This document shows, in pieces, positions 1-9,508 of a stretch of DNA of 39,721 bases (positions within the stretch are counted from its first letter, which is position 1; each line of letters begins with the position of its first letter). Position numbers and translations under genes: made by a program. The notes beneath the pieces were generated by a model. That model was not told where the DNA came from and did not search any database. It was given only the letters and a program-made list of their open reading frames with translations. The stretch comes from Lutimonas sp. (lineage in GTDB: Bacteria > Bacteroidota > Bacteroidia > Flavobacteriales > Flavobacteriaceae): the NCBI GenBank assembly GCA_041554895.1, contig JBFFLO010000001.1:1-39721 (forward strand), given 5' to 3'.

Positions 1-420
1 ATGGTAAAAAATTTAAGACCGAAGGAGGCCAATGACAAGGCACTGATCGAACGGTTTGGCCTGGAACCATTTCTCGATAAGAAACTGGGTAATCTTTCGG
101 GCGGGACAAAACAAAAAGTAAATATAGTCCTCACTTTTATGTTTGAGAGTGAGTTGATCATTCTTGACGAACCTACTACCGGTTTGGACCCAATATCGCT
201 GATCAGGTTAAAGGAAATTATACATGAAGAAAAAGATAAGGGAAAGACGATACTGATTACCACCCACATCATGAGTTTTGTTGAAGAAATTGCTGATGAG
301 ATTGTTTTCCTGCTTGACGGCAAGATTTATTTTAAAGGAAGTTCAAATGATCTAAAGCAACGTACGGGTCAGACAGATCTGGAACATGCGATCGCTAAAT
401 TGATTTCGAAAGACTTATGA
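1..420 (+). CDS. nosF: ABC transporter ATP-binding protein, NosF-like (5' truncated by window edge)
   Basis: ABC signature LSGGTKQK, Walker B LIILDEP and H-loop TTHIM. Walker A is missing, so the N-terminus lies outside the window. ATGA overlap with the NosY-like permease. Confidence 0.7.
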   Translation: MVKNLRPKEANDKALIERFGLEPFLDKKLGNLSGGTKQKVNIVLTFMFESELIILDEPTTGLDPISLIRLKEIIHEEKDKGKTILITTHIMSFVEEIADEIVFLLDGKIYFKGSSNDLKQRTGQTDLEHAIAKLISKDL

Positions 421-1199
421 TAAAAATATTGAAATATAGTTTTTTTGATCTGATGCGAAGTCGTTGGAGCTATGTATATTTTGCCTTTTATCTGGCGCTG
501 GGATTTGTATTGCTATTTTTGAATAATGATATAAATAAGGCAGTGATCACCCTAATGAATATCATCATTGTGCTTACACCATTGATAGGAACCATATTCG
601 GGGTGATGTATTATTACAATTCCAAGGAATTTACAGAATTATTGCTGGCGCAGCCAATAAAGCGCAGCACGATTTTCACCGGGCAATATCTGGGGATATC
701 CATTTCACTCACACTCAGTTTAATATTGGGTCTAGGCATTCCTTTTTTACTCTACGGACTTTTTATGTCATCTGCCATTTTTGAATTTGCCTTGCTATTG
801 GTAGTAGGGATGTTGCTGAATTTTATATTTGTGGCCTTGGCGTTTAATATAGCACTTTCTAACGAAAACAGGATCAAAGGGTTTGGTTATGCGATCCTGA
901 TGTGGCTGTTCCTTGCGGTGATCTATGACGGTATTTTTCTGATCTCTCTGGTTGTGTTCAATGAGTATCCGTTAGATAAATTCGCTCTTTTTGCAACCAT
1001 GTTCAACCCTATTGATCTGTCCAGAATATTGATCTTGTTAAAACTTGATATTTCAGCTTTACTTGGGTATACCGGGGCAGTATTTAAAAAGTTTTTTGGC
1101 ACAGACCTTGGATTTTTTCTGTCACTCGCTGTGATGTCGTTATGGGTGGTTTTTCCTGTGTGGAGAATCAGGACCAAGCTTAAAAGGAAAGATTTTTAA
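417..1199 (+). CDS. nosY: ABC-2 type permease, NosY-like (N2O reductase maturation)
   Basis: About 6 hydrophobic segments. Motifs EFTELLLAQPIKRS and FNPIDLSRILILLKLDISALLGYTGA resemble Bacteroidota NosY. nosZ/nosD are not in the window. Confidence 0.7.
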   Translation: MIKILKYSFFDLMRSRWSYVYFAFYLALGFVLLFLNNDINKAVITLMNIIIVLTPLIGTIFGVMYYYNSKEFTELLLAQPIKRSTIFTGQYLGISISLTLSLILGLGIPFLLYGLFMSSAIFEFALLLVVGMLLNFIFVALAFNIALSNENRIKGFGYAILMWLFLAVIYDGIFLISLVVFNEYPLDKFALFATMFNPIDLSRILILLKLDISALLGYTGAVFKKFFGTDLGFFLSLAVMSLWVVFPVWRIRTKLKRKDF

Positions 1200-1204
1200 T
1201 TGGC

Positions 1205-2290
1205 TTACTCAGGTTGGCCACCTATGATGGGGTAACCGGCATTGATCCAGTTAAAAAAACCTTCATCGATAACAGCTGTTTTTTTATACCCCTGTTTTCT
1301 CAGCATGTTAATGATCTTATCAGATGCCGCATGAGGGCAGGAACAATAGGCAATGATCCAGGTGTCATCATTTGGCAGGCCTTGTGCAACCTTATCTTCA
1401 GATATATAATACGGTATTGGGATTGCACCGGGAATATGGGCATTGTGCCATTCTGAGGTGGTCCTTGTATCTAAAATTATCAATTTATTTTTGTCTTTAA
1501 GTGCTTTTGCTACCTGCTCCATGGGTACGTACCTCTCCTGTTTTAAGGTAAAAGAAGGGTTTTTTCCTGTTGGATTCGACACATAATCCTTAGGTTCGGG
1601 GTAAGGCGATAACTCTTTGGGTTCAGGGCTCCAACCAGATGCCAGGCTTCTTATATAAGCGGTAAGGTCATTTATTTGATGATCTGATAATTGAGTTTTG
1701 AAGGCTTTCATTTCAGTTTCTTCCCTTCCGTTTTCAATAGCATGTTTGATATACGCATCGGTGGCAAAGGCTAAAAATGCCGGATTGGCAAGAGCAGGCG
1801 CTGTAACCCCTTCTGCTTTAGAACCATGACATTCTGAGCATTTTTGCTCAAATAATTTAGAACCTGTTCTGAGGTCCCCTTCAATGGGTTCCATCGATAA
1901 TTCAATGGTTTCATGGCCAGCTTTATATTTCAGCCATATGGCCAAAGTAAAAATATCTTTCATAGACATCGGCCCACCAGAGTCAGCTAAATAAGGAGCC
2001 ATTGCGGTGTTGGGTCTACCAAACCCAATAGAGCTTGCTAAAAAATTAAGAGGCATAGTTGACATCAGCGACCTGGATTTTAAGGAGGGGGCATAATCTG
2101 CTGCATTTCCTTCTCTGTCTGCTCCATGGCAAAGCGTGCAGTATTTCTGATAATTTTGTTCGGCTCTTTGTGCATCAATTTTTGTTAGTGGTGCGTTTCG
2201 GGTTTGTGCCTGTGCAACATTAACTAAAAAAAATAAAAGAACAATATAAAATTGTCCTGAAAAACGGGCACTTTTGGTCGATCTGGTCAT
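1205..2290 (-). CDS. Secreted di-heme c-type cytochrome with C-terminal rhodanese domain
   Basis: Sec signal ending AQA|Q. Two CxxCH motifs (CTLCH, CSECH), each followed by a candidate Met ligand (NTAMAPY, ETEMKAF). Rhodanese motifs ILDTR, HIPGA, YCSCPH and IDEGFFNW. Confidence 0.8.
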   Translation of the reverse strand: MTRSTKSARFSGQFYIVLLFFLVNVAQAQTRNAPLTKIDAQRAEQNYQKYCTLCHGADREGNAADYAPSLKSRSLMSTMPLNFLASSIGFGRPNTAMAPYLADSGGPMSMKDIFTLAIWLKYKAGHETIELSMEPIEGDLRTGSKLFEQKCSECHGSKAEGVTAPALANPAFLAFATDAYIKHAIENGREETEMKAFKTQLSDHQINDLTAYIRSLASGWSPEPKELSPYPEPKDYVSNPTGKNPSFTLKQERYVPMEQVAKALKDKNKLIILDTRTTSEWHNAHIPGAIPIPYYISEDKVAQGLPNDDTWIIAYCSCPHAASDKIINMLRKQGYKKTAVIDEGFFNWINAGYPIIGGQPE

Positions 2291-2335
2291 CAGAGCAAAT
2301 TATAAAAAACTATGCAATTTTACTAATGGTTTTAA

Positions 2336-2343
2336 TATCTTTG
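2336..2343 (+). promoter_or_regulatory. Bacteroidota sigma-A -7 element for yccA-meaB
   Basis: TATCTTTG matches TAnnTTTG and ends 25 nt before the ATG at 2369. Confidence 0.55.
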
Positions 2344-2368
2344 ATATCTTAAAATTTTAAATTTAATC

Positions 2369-3079
2369 ATGGAAAATCAAGTTTCAACTAAAACCGGAGA
2401 ACAGCTCGGGATCAAAAGTTATCAGGCAGTTTTTATCACCAAGGTATACAACTGGATGGCGCTTGCCTTGTTCATTACTGGAATCGTTGCGTATTATACG
2501 GCTACTTCACCTCAAATATTCAATGTGATTATTGGATCTCGATGGCTATTTTTCGGATTAATAATTGTCGAATTGGCCTTAGTGGTATATCTGAGCCGGG
2601 CCATAAACAGTATGAGTCGAAATATGGCTATTGGGTCATTTTTACTGTATTCAGTGCTAAACGGTCTGACCATATCGGTCATTTTTATGGCCTACACTTC
2701 TAGTTCAATTGCAAGTACTTTTTATATCACTGCGGGTACCTTTGCTACCATCAGTTTTTACGGGTATACAACCAAAAAAGACCTGACAAGTATAGGGAAT
2801 ATGGCTTTTATGGCATTGATCGGTATCATTATAGCCTCGATAGTGAATATGTTCTTACAGAATGAAATGATGTACTGGATCATTAGTTATCTGGGTGTGG
2901 CTATTTTTGTGGGCCTGACAGCCTATGATACCCAAAAGCTGAAGGAAATTGGAAGCAGGGGTTTTACCAATGAAGAAGGAATGGAAAAAATGTCGATCAT
3001 TGGCGCATTAATCTTATACTTGGATTTTGTGAATCTTTTTCTTTTTTTACTCAGGGTCTTTGGTAGCAGAAAAAACTAA
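2369..3079 (+). CDS. Bax inhibitor-1/YccA family membrane protein
   Basis: About 7 TM segments; motifs KVYNWMALAL, GYTTKKDLT, LTAYDTQKLK and GALILYLDFVNLFLFLL. Confidence 0.9.
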   Translation: MENQVSTKTGEQLGIKSYQAVFITKVYNWMALALFITGIVAYYTATSPQIFNVIIGSRWLFFGLIIVELALVVYLSRAINSMSRNMAIGSFLLYSVLNGLTISVIFMAYTSSSIASTFYITAGTFATISFYGYTTKKDLTSIGNMAFMALIGIIIASIVNMFLQNEMMYWIISYLGVAIFVGLTAYDTQKLKEIGSRGFTNEEGMEKMSIIGALILYLDFVNLFLFLLRVFGSRKN

Positions 3080-3100
3080 TCGCTTTTGTTAAATGGTTTT

Positions 3101-4105
3101 ATGGGAAATTACAAGCCAAAAAAACGACTGGAGGCCAGTGAATATATAGCGGGAATTCTGAAAGGAGACAGGGTATTGTTATCTAGGGCGATAACGATTG
3201 TGGAGAGTAATCTTGCTAGTGATAAAATATTGGCAAAGGATATTATCCAGGCTATTTTACCAAGTTCAGGAAATTCCATAAGGATTGGAATCACCGGAGT
3301 TCCCGGAGTGGGGAAGAGTACTTTTATTGAGGTTTTTGGGAAACATTTGATAGCACTTGGGCACAGGGTGGCCATTCTTTCGATTGACCCCAGCAGTCAA
3401 CGATCAAAGGGGAGTATCCTTGGAGATAAAACCAGAATGGAGGAGTTGGCTACCCGCGAAGAAGCTTATATTAGGCCTTCTGCTTCGGGAGATACTTTAG
3501 GCGGAGTGTCGAATAAAACAGGCGAAACCATGTTGCTTTGTGAAGCAGCCGGCTATGATGTGATACTTATAGAAACAGTGGGTGTAGGGCAATCAGAAAC
3601 AGCCGTGCATGGCATGACGGATTTCTTTTTGCTTTTGATGTTGTCGGGAGCAGGGGACGAACTGCAAGGCATTAAAAAAGGCATCATGGAAATGGCCGAT
3701 ATGCTCGTCATCAATAAGGCTGATGGAGACAATGTCAAAAAAAGTCAAATGGCCAAAATACAATATGAAAATGCCTTGCATATATTTCCTCCGGCAGAAT
3801 CAGGTTGGACCCCCGTGGTAAGTACCGCTTCAGCGCTTAAAAATATTGGTATTGCTGAGGTTTGGGATAAAGTCATTGAATTTAAAAAACTGGTAGACGA
3901 AAACGGTTATTTTAAATCCAACAGGAAAGAGCAGCAAATACAATGGATGTATAACAATATCCATGAAGGATTGAAACAGCTCTTTTATGGATCCAGACAT
4001 ATTGCTGAACAACTGAAAATACTTGAAAGAGAAATCATTGAGGCTAAGGTTTCCCCTGTAAAGGCCGCTGAAAAGATTATTGAGGAATTCAGGTCTACTT
4101 TGTAA
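3101..4105 (+). CDS. meaB: Methylmalonyl-CoA mutase-associated GTPase MeaB
   Basis: P-loop GITGVPGVGKST, DPSS, GSILGDKTRM, ETVGVGQSE, GDELQGIKKG and INKAD. ATG at 3101 is preferred over TTG at 3086. Confidence 0.93.
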   Translation: MGNYKPKKRLEASEYIAGILKGDRVLLSRAITIVESNLASDKILAKDIIQAILPSSGNSIRIGITGVPGVGKSTFIEVFGKHLIALGHRVAILSIDPSSQRSKGSILGDKTRMEELATREEAYIRPSASGDTLGGVSNKTGETMLLCEAAGYDVILIETVGVGQSETAVHGMTDFFLLLMLSGAGDELQGIKKGIMEMADMLVINKADGDNVKKSQMAKIQYENALHIFPPAESGWTPVVSTASALKNIGIAEVWDKVIEFKKLVDENGYFKSNRKEQQIQWMYNNIHEGLKQLFYGSRHIAEQLKILEREIIEAKVSPVKAAEKIIEEFRSTL

Positions 4106-4117
4106 GTTTTAGGCCAT

Positions 4118-4149
4118 AAAAAAGGCCCGACACATGTGAAGAGCCTTTT
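4118..4149. terminator. Possible bidirectional intrinsic terminator between convergent meaB and mutase genes
   Basis: AAAAAAGGC...GCCTTTT inverted repeat with an imperfect interior. Confidence 0.4.
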
Positions 4150-4167
4150 AATTTTACACGCCTGTCC

Positions 4168-6300
4168 TTATTCATTGGCCAAATACATTTTCATGATCTT
4201 AATGGCTGATTCGGCAATCACGGTTCCAGGACCAAAAACAGCAGCTACCTTTCTTTCAAATAAATAATCATAATCCTGAGCTGGGATAACCCCGCCGGCA
4301 AAGACCATGATATCAGATCTTCCGAGCCTTTCTAATTCATCTATTAATTTTGGGATCAGCGTTTTGTGACCCGCAGCCAAACTTGATGCCCCCACAAAAT
4401 GCACATCATTTTCGATAGCTTGTTTAGCTACTTCCTCAGGTGTTTGAAACAATGGCCCCATGTCAACGTCAAAGCCAAGATCGGCAAAACTTGAAGCGAC
4501 TACTTTAGCCCCCCGGTCATGTCCATCTTGTCCCATTTTGGCGATCATCACCCGTGGCCTTCTACCTTCCAGTTCCGCAAAATGATCGGCCAGCTTTTGC
4601 GCCGCTGCAAAAGTTTTATCATTGCTAACTTCTTTTCGGTATACCCCACTGATCAACCTGGTGTCAGCTTTATGTCTTCCAAAATGTTTTTCCATGGCAT
4701 CGGATATCTCACCTAACGTCGCAAAATTTTCGGCAGCATCGACGGCAAGTTCTAATAAATTACCTTTCCCACCACCGGCACAGTCTTCAACAGCCTTTAA
4801 CTTCCTGTTGACAATGGCTGGGTCTCTTTGCGATTTTAGCTTATTCAATCTTTGGATCTGTGCCATCCTTACTGCTGTATTGTCTACCTCCAGGATTTCA
4901 ATATCTGACGCTTCCCTGGTTTGAAATTTGTTCACCCCAACAAGAATATCCTGCCCTGAGTCAAGCCTGGCCTGCTTTCTTGCAGAGGCCTCTTCGATTC
5001 TCATTTTTGGAACACCCGTCTCAATGGCTTTTGCCATGCCGCCTAATTCTTCAACTTCCTCAATAAGTTTCCAGGCTTTTTTAGCAATTTCCTCAGTCAG
5101 GTACTCCACGTAAAAAGAGCCCGCCCATGGATCGACCGATTTGGTGATCTGGGTTTCTTCCTGAATAAAGATCTGGGTGTTTCTTGCAATACGCGCAGAA
5201 AAATCTGTAGGGAGGGCAATCGCTTCATCGAGCGCATTGGTATGCAAAGATTGCGTTCCTCCCAAACCAGCGGCCATGGCCTCGATACAGGTTCTTGCTA
5301 CATTATTGAACGGATCTTGTTCACTCAAACTCCACCCTGAAGTCTGGCTATGTGTTCGCAGTGCCATCGATTTAGGATTTTTAGGATCAAATTGTTTGAT
5401 GATCTTGGCCCACAGCATTCTGGCAGCTCGCATCTTGGCGATTTCCATAAAGTGGTTCATGCCAACTGCCCAGAAAAAGGATAATCTGGGGGCAAATTCA
5501 TCAATCTTCAATCCAGACTTCAATCCGGTCCGAATATATTCCAATCCATCTGCCAGGGTATAGGCCAGTTCAATATCGGCGGTTGCTCCTGCTTCCTGCA
5601 TATGGTAACCACTGATCGAAATAGAATTGAATTTAGGCATATGCTTCGTAGTGTACTCAAAAATATCCCCAATGATTTTCATCGATGGAAGAGGAGGATA
5701 GATATAGGTGTTACGCACCATGAATTCCTTCAGGATATCATTTTGGATGGTTCCGCTAAGTTTATCAAGGCTGACTCCCTGTTTTTTAGCAGCGGCAATG
5801 TAAAAGGCCATAATTGGCACCACTGCACCATTCATTGTCATGGAAACCGACATCTTATCCAGTGGGATCTGGTCAAAAAGAATTTCCATATCCAGTATTG
5901 AATCGATGGCTACACCGGCCTTTCCAACATCACCTGTAACCCTCGGGTGATCTGAATCATAACCACGATGGGTTGCGAGATCAAAAGCCACGGATAAGCC
6001 TTTTTGCCCGGCTGCCAGGTTTCTCCTGTAAAAAGCATTTGATTCCTCAGCTGTTGAAAATCCGGCATATTGTCTTACAGTCCAGGGCCTTGTTACATAC
6101 ATCGTACTGTATGGCCCTCTGGTAAAAGGGGGCAATCCGGCTGCAAAATCCAGATGCTCTGCATGTTTTATATCTTCTCGGCTAAATTCATTTTTTACAG
6201 GGATGCCCTCTGGAGTGATCCAGGATTCCCGGTTCTCAGCAGGTCTTATTTTTTCTTCAGCACTTGTGTTGATCGTCAAATCAGAAAAATCAGGTCTCAT
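4168..6300 (-). CDS. scpA: Methylmalonyl-CoA mutase, catalytic large subunit (B12-dependent)
   Basis: [39 protein letters not shown] and the cobalamin-binding [10 protein letters not shown] (DxHxxG). Confidence 0.97.
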   Translation of the reverse strand: MRPDFSDLTINTSAEEKIRPAENRESWITPEGIPVKNEFSREDIKHAEHLDFAAGLPPFTRGPYSTMYVTRPWTVRQYAGFSTAEESNAFYRRNLAAGQKGLSVAFDLATHRGYDSDHPRVTGDVGKAGVAIDSILDMEILFDQIPLDKMSVSMTMNGAVVPIMAFYIAAAKKQGVSLDKLSGTIQNDILKEFMVRNTYIYPPLPSMKIIGDIFEYTTKHMPKFNSISISGYHMQEAGATADIELAYTLADGLEYIRTGLKSGLKIDEFAPRLSFFWAVGMNHFMEIAKMRAARMLWAKIIKQFDPKNPKSMALRTHSQTSGWSLSEQDPFNNVARTCIEAMAAGLGGTQSLHTNALDEAIALPTDFSARIARNTQIFIQEETQITKSVDPWAGSFYVEYLTEEIAKKAWKLIEEVEELGGMAKAIETGVPKMRIEEASARKQARLDSGQDILVGVNKFQTREASDIEILEVDNTAVRMAQIQRLNKLKSQRDPAIVNRKLKAVEDCAGGGKGNLLELAVDAAENFATLGEISDAMEKHFGRHKADTRLISGVYRKEVSNDKTFAAAQKLADHFAELEGRRPRVMIAKMGQDGHDRGAKVVASSFADLGFDVDMGPLFQTPEEVAKQAIENDVHFVGASSLAAGHKTLIPKLIDELERLGRSDIMVFAGGVIPAQDYDYLFERKVAAVFGPGTVIAESAIKIMKMYLANE

Positions 6301-8123
6301 ATCTCCAAAGCTTTTGTGGTTTTTGAAATTTTTTGTTGGATTTCGGTCAGGGTTTTATAAATGTCGGATCTTACATGAATGAATCCGTCAAGCCCGGCTT
6401 CCAGAAGTGATTTCTGAATGCCTTCCGGGTTCCCTGCCAATAAAAGTACTTTAGTGGGGTTCTGTTCCCTGAAATCTTTGACATAGTCCAAAGCTGACTG
6501 CTTATAATCAGGATCCGAACTGCAAATGACCACAACATTCGAATCGGATTTAGCTGTTTTTTCAGCAGCTTCCTTATAAGAATCAAAGCTCTTTTCACTT
6601 TCTATTGTGAACGCGCCAACACCCATGAAGTCATAAGCAAAGGCGGCCCTGGCCTTTCTCATCGTGAGTTGTCCAAAACTTGCGATTTCAACAACAGGCC
6701 GATACCCCTTCTGGATTACAAAATGCTCGGTAGCATATCTGATTTTTTCAATTTCCAAACCTGCTCGTTGACGTACAAGTAATTTCGGATCTGTGTTTTT
6801 GTTTTGATGATATAGCATATCCTCAGCAACCGTTTCCATCAGGTTAGGATATTTATTTACCCCGACCATGGCAATGCTTCTTAGCGACAAAAGCCTGATC
6901 TTCTTCATCCTTATCTCAGCGATCTGGAACTGGATCTTTCCATTTTCTGTTTGTGCAATAAAGCCTCCTGAACTTTCTATTGCCTTAAAAACTGCAAGCG
7001 CATTTTGAGCCATTTGTAAGCACAATTCTTCAATATAATAGGATCCGTCGACCGGATTGGCAACCTTTCCGAAGTAAGATTCTTCTCTAAGGATAGTGGT
7101 TATATTTCCAGCGACCCTGCTTGAAAAAGCATTTGAACTGTTAAACTCATGATCATACGGGTCCAATTCAAGACCATCAACATTGCCAAGCAGGGCAGCC
7201 ATGGCTTCAGTAGTGCTTCTCAGCATATTTGTATTGGCATCAATTACAGACTTTGACCAGACTGACGTTTTGGCCATCACGCCAACTTTTGGATTGATCA
7301 CTTCGTATTTGGAAGCGATCCCTGCTAAAAGGCTATTGAATACCCTGAACTTGGCTATTTCCACAAAATACTCCGAACTAACGCCCAGGATAAAGTGAAG
7401 ATTTTCAAAAATTTCTTTTTGGGACCTTCCTTTCCCGATCATTTCTTCAATTAAAAACACAAGGGAATTAAGGGTGTAAGCAATTTCCTGCACCTGATTT
7501 GATCCTGCATCCTGGTAAATTGTTCCAGATACTGTCAGCGTTTTAAAATTCGGATAATCATGAAAAATACCGGTCAGCTGACTTGCCTGATCCAAAAGAT
7601 CCCTGTCAAGAGAACCAGTTTCGAGATATTGGTTAAATATGTCAAGGTCGATATAACCCATCACAAGTTCAGGATCTATCGAATGGCTTTTAAGAAAGGA
7701 TGCATAGGAAGCGGCAAAGGAAAAAGATTCCTTGTTCAGCAAAAATGATACGGAAATACCATTGAAATCTATATCTTTTAACAATCGGTTGGCCGAAACA
7801 TTGCTGCTGATCTCAAAAAGAAGGCCGGTCATGCCTTCCTCTAATGCTTTTAAAGCCAGTTGATTCGCCTCAGCGACATCTTTAACGGTGATTCTTCTGT
7901 AATTGGCCACCTCAGCGCTATTCTCTCCCGTATTTTTTAATAACTCCTTTTGATCCTCTTTTGTATAAAATGGCTGAAGATCTATTCCGTTAAGATTTTT
8001 CCAAACCAGTCTTTTGTCAAAATCTGCTCCTTTCAGGTCAATGTTGGCTTTATCTATCCAATCCTGCTTTGACGGAGCAATGAAATCCTGAAACAGCATT
8101 TTTTCTTTGCTATCGTTGTTCAT
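6297..8123 (-). CDS. mutA: Methylmalonyl-CoA mutase small (non-catalytic) subunit, MutA-like
   Basis: [50 protein letters not shown] and VVVICSSD; no DxHxxG. Start set at ATG 8123 because the upstream in-frame extension overlaps the neighbouring gene. 4-nt overlap with the large subunit. Confidence 0.9.
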   Translation of the reverse strand: MNNDSKEKMLFQDFIAPSKQDWIDKANIDLKGADFDKRLVWKNLNGIDLQPFYTKEDQKELLKNTGENSAEVANYRRITVKDVAEANQLALKALEEGMTGLLFEISSNVSANRLLKDIDFNGISVSFLLNKESFSFAASYASFLKSHSIDPELVMGYIDLDIFNQYLETGSLDRDLLDQASQLTGIFHDYPNFKTLTVSGTIYQDAGSNQVQEIAYTLNSLVFLIEEMIGKGRSQKEIFENLHFILGVSSEYFVEIAKFRVFNSLLAGIASKYEVINPKVGVMAKTSVWSKSVIDANTNMLRSTTEAMAALLGNVDGLELDPYDHEFNSSNAFSSRVAGNITTILREESYFGKVANPVDGSYYIEELCLQMAQNALAVFKAIESSGGFIAQTENGKIQFQIAEIRMKKIRLLSLRSIAMVGVNKYPNLMETVAEDMLYHQNKNTDPKLLVRQRAGLEIEKIRYATEHFVIQKGYRPVVEIASFGQLTMRKARAAFAYDFMGVGAFTIESEKSFDSYKEAAEKTAKSDSNVVVICSSDPDYKQSALDYVKDFREQNPTKVLLLAGNPEGIQKSLLEAGLDGFIHVRSDIYKTLTEIQQKISKTTKALEI

Positions 8124-8187
8124 AATCTTTCTTTGTGTTCTACAATTTGTTTTCAAATTAAGGACTATAAATTTAGTGATTAAATAC

Positions 8188-9468
8188 TCACAAAATTCCC
8201 CCAAATCTTTCATGGATGGCTTTGTTTAAATCCTCTTGATGATCAGGGTGGGCAATATCTCTTAAAGCCAGGGCTCTTTGCCTGAGGTTTTTCCCGAAAA
8301 GTTCTGCGACTCCAAATTCTGTGGCTACGAACCTTGCATGTGCCCTGGTAGTTACAACGCCGGCTCCGGGCCTTAAGGAAGGCACGATTTTAGAAAGCCC
8401 CTTAGCTGTTGTTGAAGTGATCGCAATGATTGGTTTTCCTCCATCAGAAAGAGCAGCTCCCCTCATAAAGTCCATTTGTCCGCCAACTCCTGAAAACATC
8501 CTAAGACCGATAGAATCTGCACAAACCTGACCAGTCATATCTATTTCTATGGCCGAGTTGATCGCGGTAACTTTAGGGTTTTGCCTGATGACAGCCGTAT
8601 CATTGACATAGGCGATATCCCTCATCTCTATTTCTGCATTATCATCCATAAAATCATATAATCTTCGTGTGCCCATGGCAAACCCGGAAACAATCTTATA
8701 GGGATTTACTTTTTTCTTGGCGCCATTCACGACACCTTTTTCAACCAGATCAACAATGCCTTCTGAAAACATCTCGGTATGAATACCAAGGTCTTTATGA
8801 GTGTCAAGATAGGTAAGCACGGCATTGGGAATTCCTCCGATACCCATTTGAAGGGTAGAGCCGTCATCAATAATTTCTGCTATATTTTTCCCAATTCTCT
8901 TTTCTGACTCTGTAGGAGCAATGAATTTCATTTCATGGATTTCTTCATCAACCATCACGCAAGCATCGAAGTTGTTGAGATGAACAATGCCATCTCCAAA
9001 GGTCCTGGGCATGTTCTTGTTGATTTGAGCGATTACTTTTTTCCCCATTTCAATGGCCGAAATAACAATATCAACGGATACTCCTAAAGAGCAAAACCCA
9101 TGTTTGTCAGGATGGGACACATTGACCAGTACGATGTCGAGATCCATGTATCCCTGACGAAATAAACTTGGAATATCGCTAAGGAAGATCGGGATGTAGT
9201 CAGCCGTTAGGCCTATCATATTTCTGATATTACCACCTATGAAAAATGCGTTGGTGTGAAAACTGTCTTTTAATTCGAGAGACGTGTAGCCACATTCTCC
9301 TTCAGTATGCAGATGAACTATTTCAACGCCTTTCAACTCTGGACCTCTTTTGACCATGGCTTTCACCAGAGACTGGGGGGTTGCAGCTCCTCCTTGGATT
9401 AATACCCGGTCTCCTGATTTGATGAGTTTAACAGCTTCTTCAGCTGTCATGATATTGGGGATTTTCAT
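8188..9468 (-). CDS. Acetyl-CoA hydrolase/CoA-transferase family protein (4-hydroxybutyrate CoA-transferase-like); probable succinate/propionyl-CoA transferase by context
   Basis: TLQMGIGGIPNAV, LGIHTEMFS (catalytic Glu region), INSAIEIDMTGQVCADSIG, SGVGGQMDF and IAHPDH. Confidence 0.88.
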   Translation of the reverse strand: MKIPNIMTAEEAVKLIKSGDRVLIQGGAATPQSLVKAMVKRGPELKGVEIVHLHTEGECGYTSLELKDSFHTNAFFIGGNIRNMIGLTADYIPIFLSDIPSLFRQGYMDLDIVLVNVSHPDKHGFCSLGVSVDIVISAIEMGKKVIAQINKNMPRTFGDGIVHLNNFDACVMVDEEIHEMKFIAPTESEKRIGKNIAEIIDDGSTLQMGIGGIPNAVLTYLDTHKDLGIHTEMFSEGIVDLVEKGVVNGAKKKVNPYKIVSGFAMGTRRLYDFMDDNAEIEMRDIAYVNDTAVIRQNPKVTAINSAIEIDMTGQVCADSIGLRMFSGVGGQMDFMRGAALSDGGKPIIAITSTTAKGLSKIVPSLRPGAGVVTTRAHARFVATEFGVAELFGKNLRQRALALRDIAHPDHQEDLNKAIHERFGGIL

Positions 9469-9508
9469 TTGATTGATATTTAGTTATATTAATTTTTGTT
9501 TAAAGTAA

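Noticed and set aside
8124-8213. 30-aa N-terminal extension of MutA in the ORF track
   Set aside because: It overlaps the CoA-transferase 3' end and precedes a better ATG at 8123.
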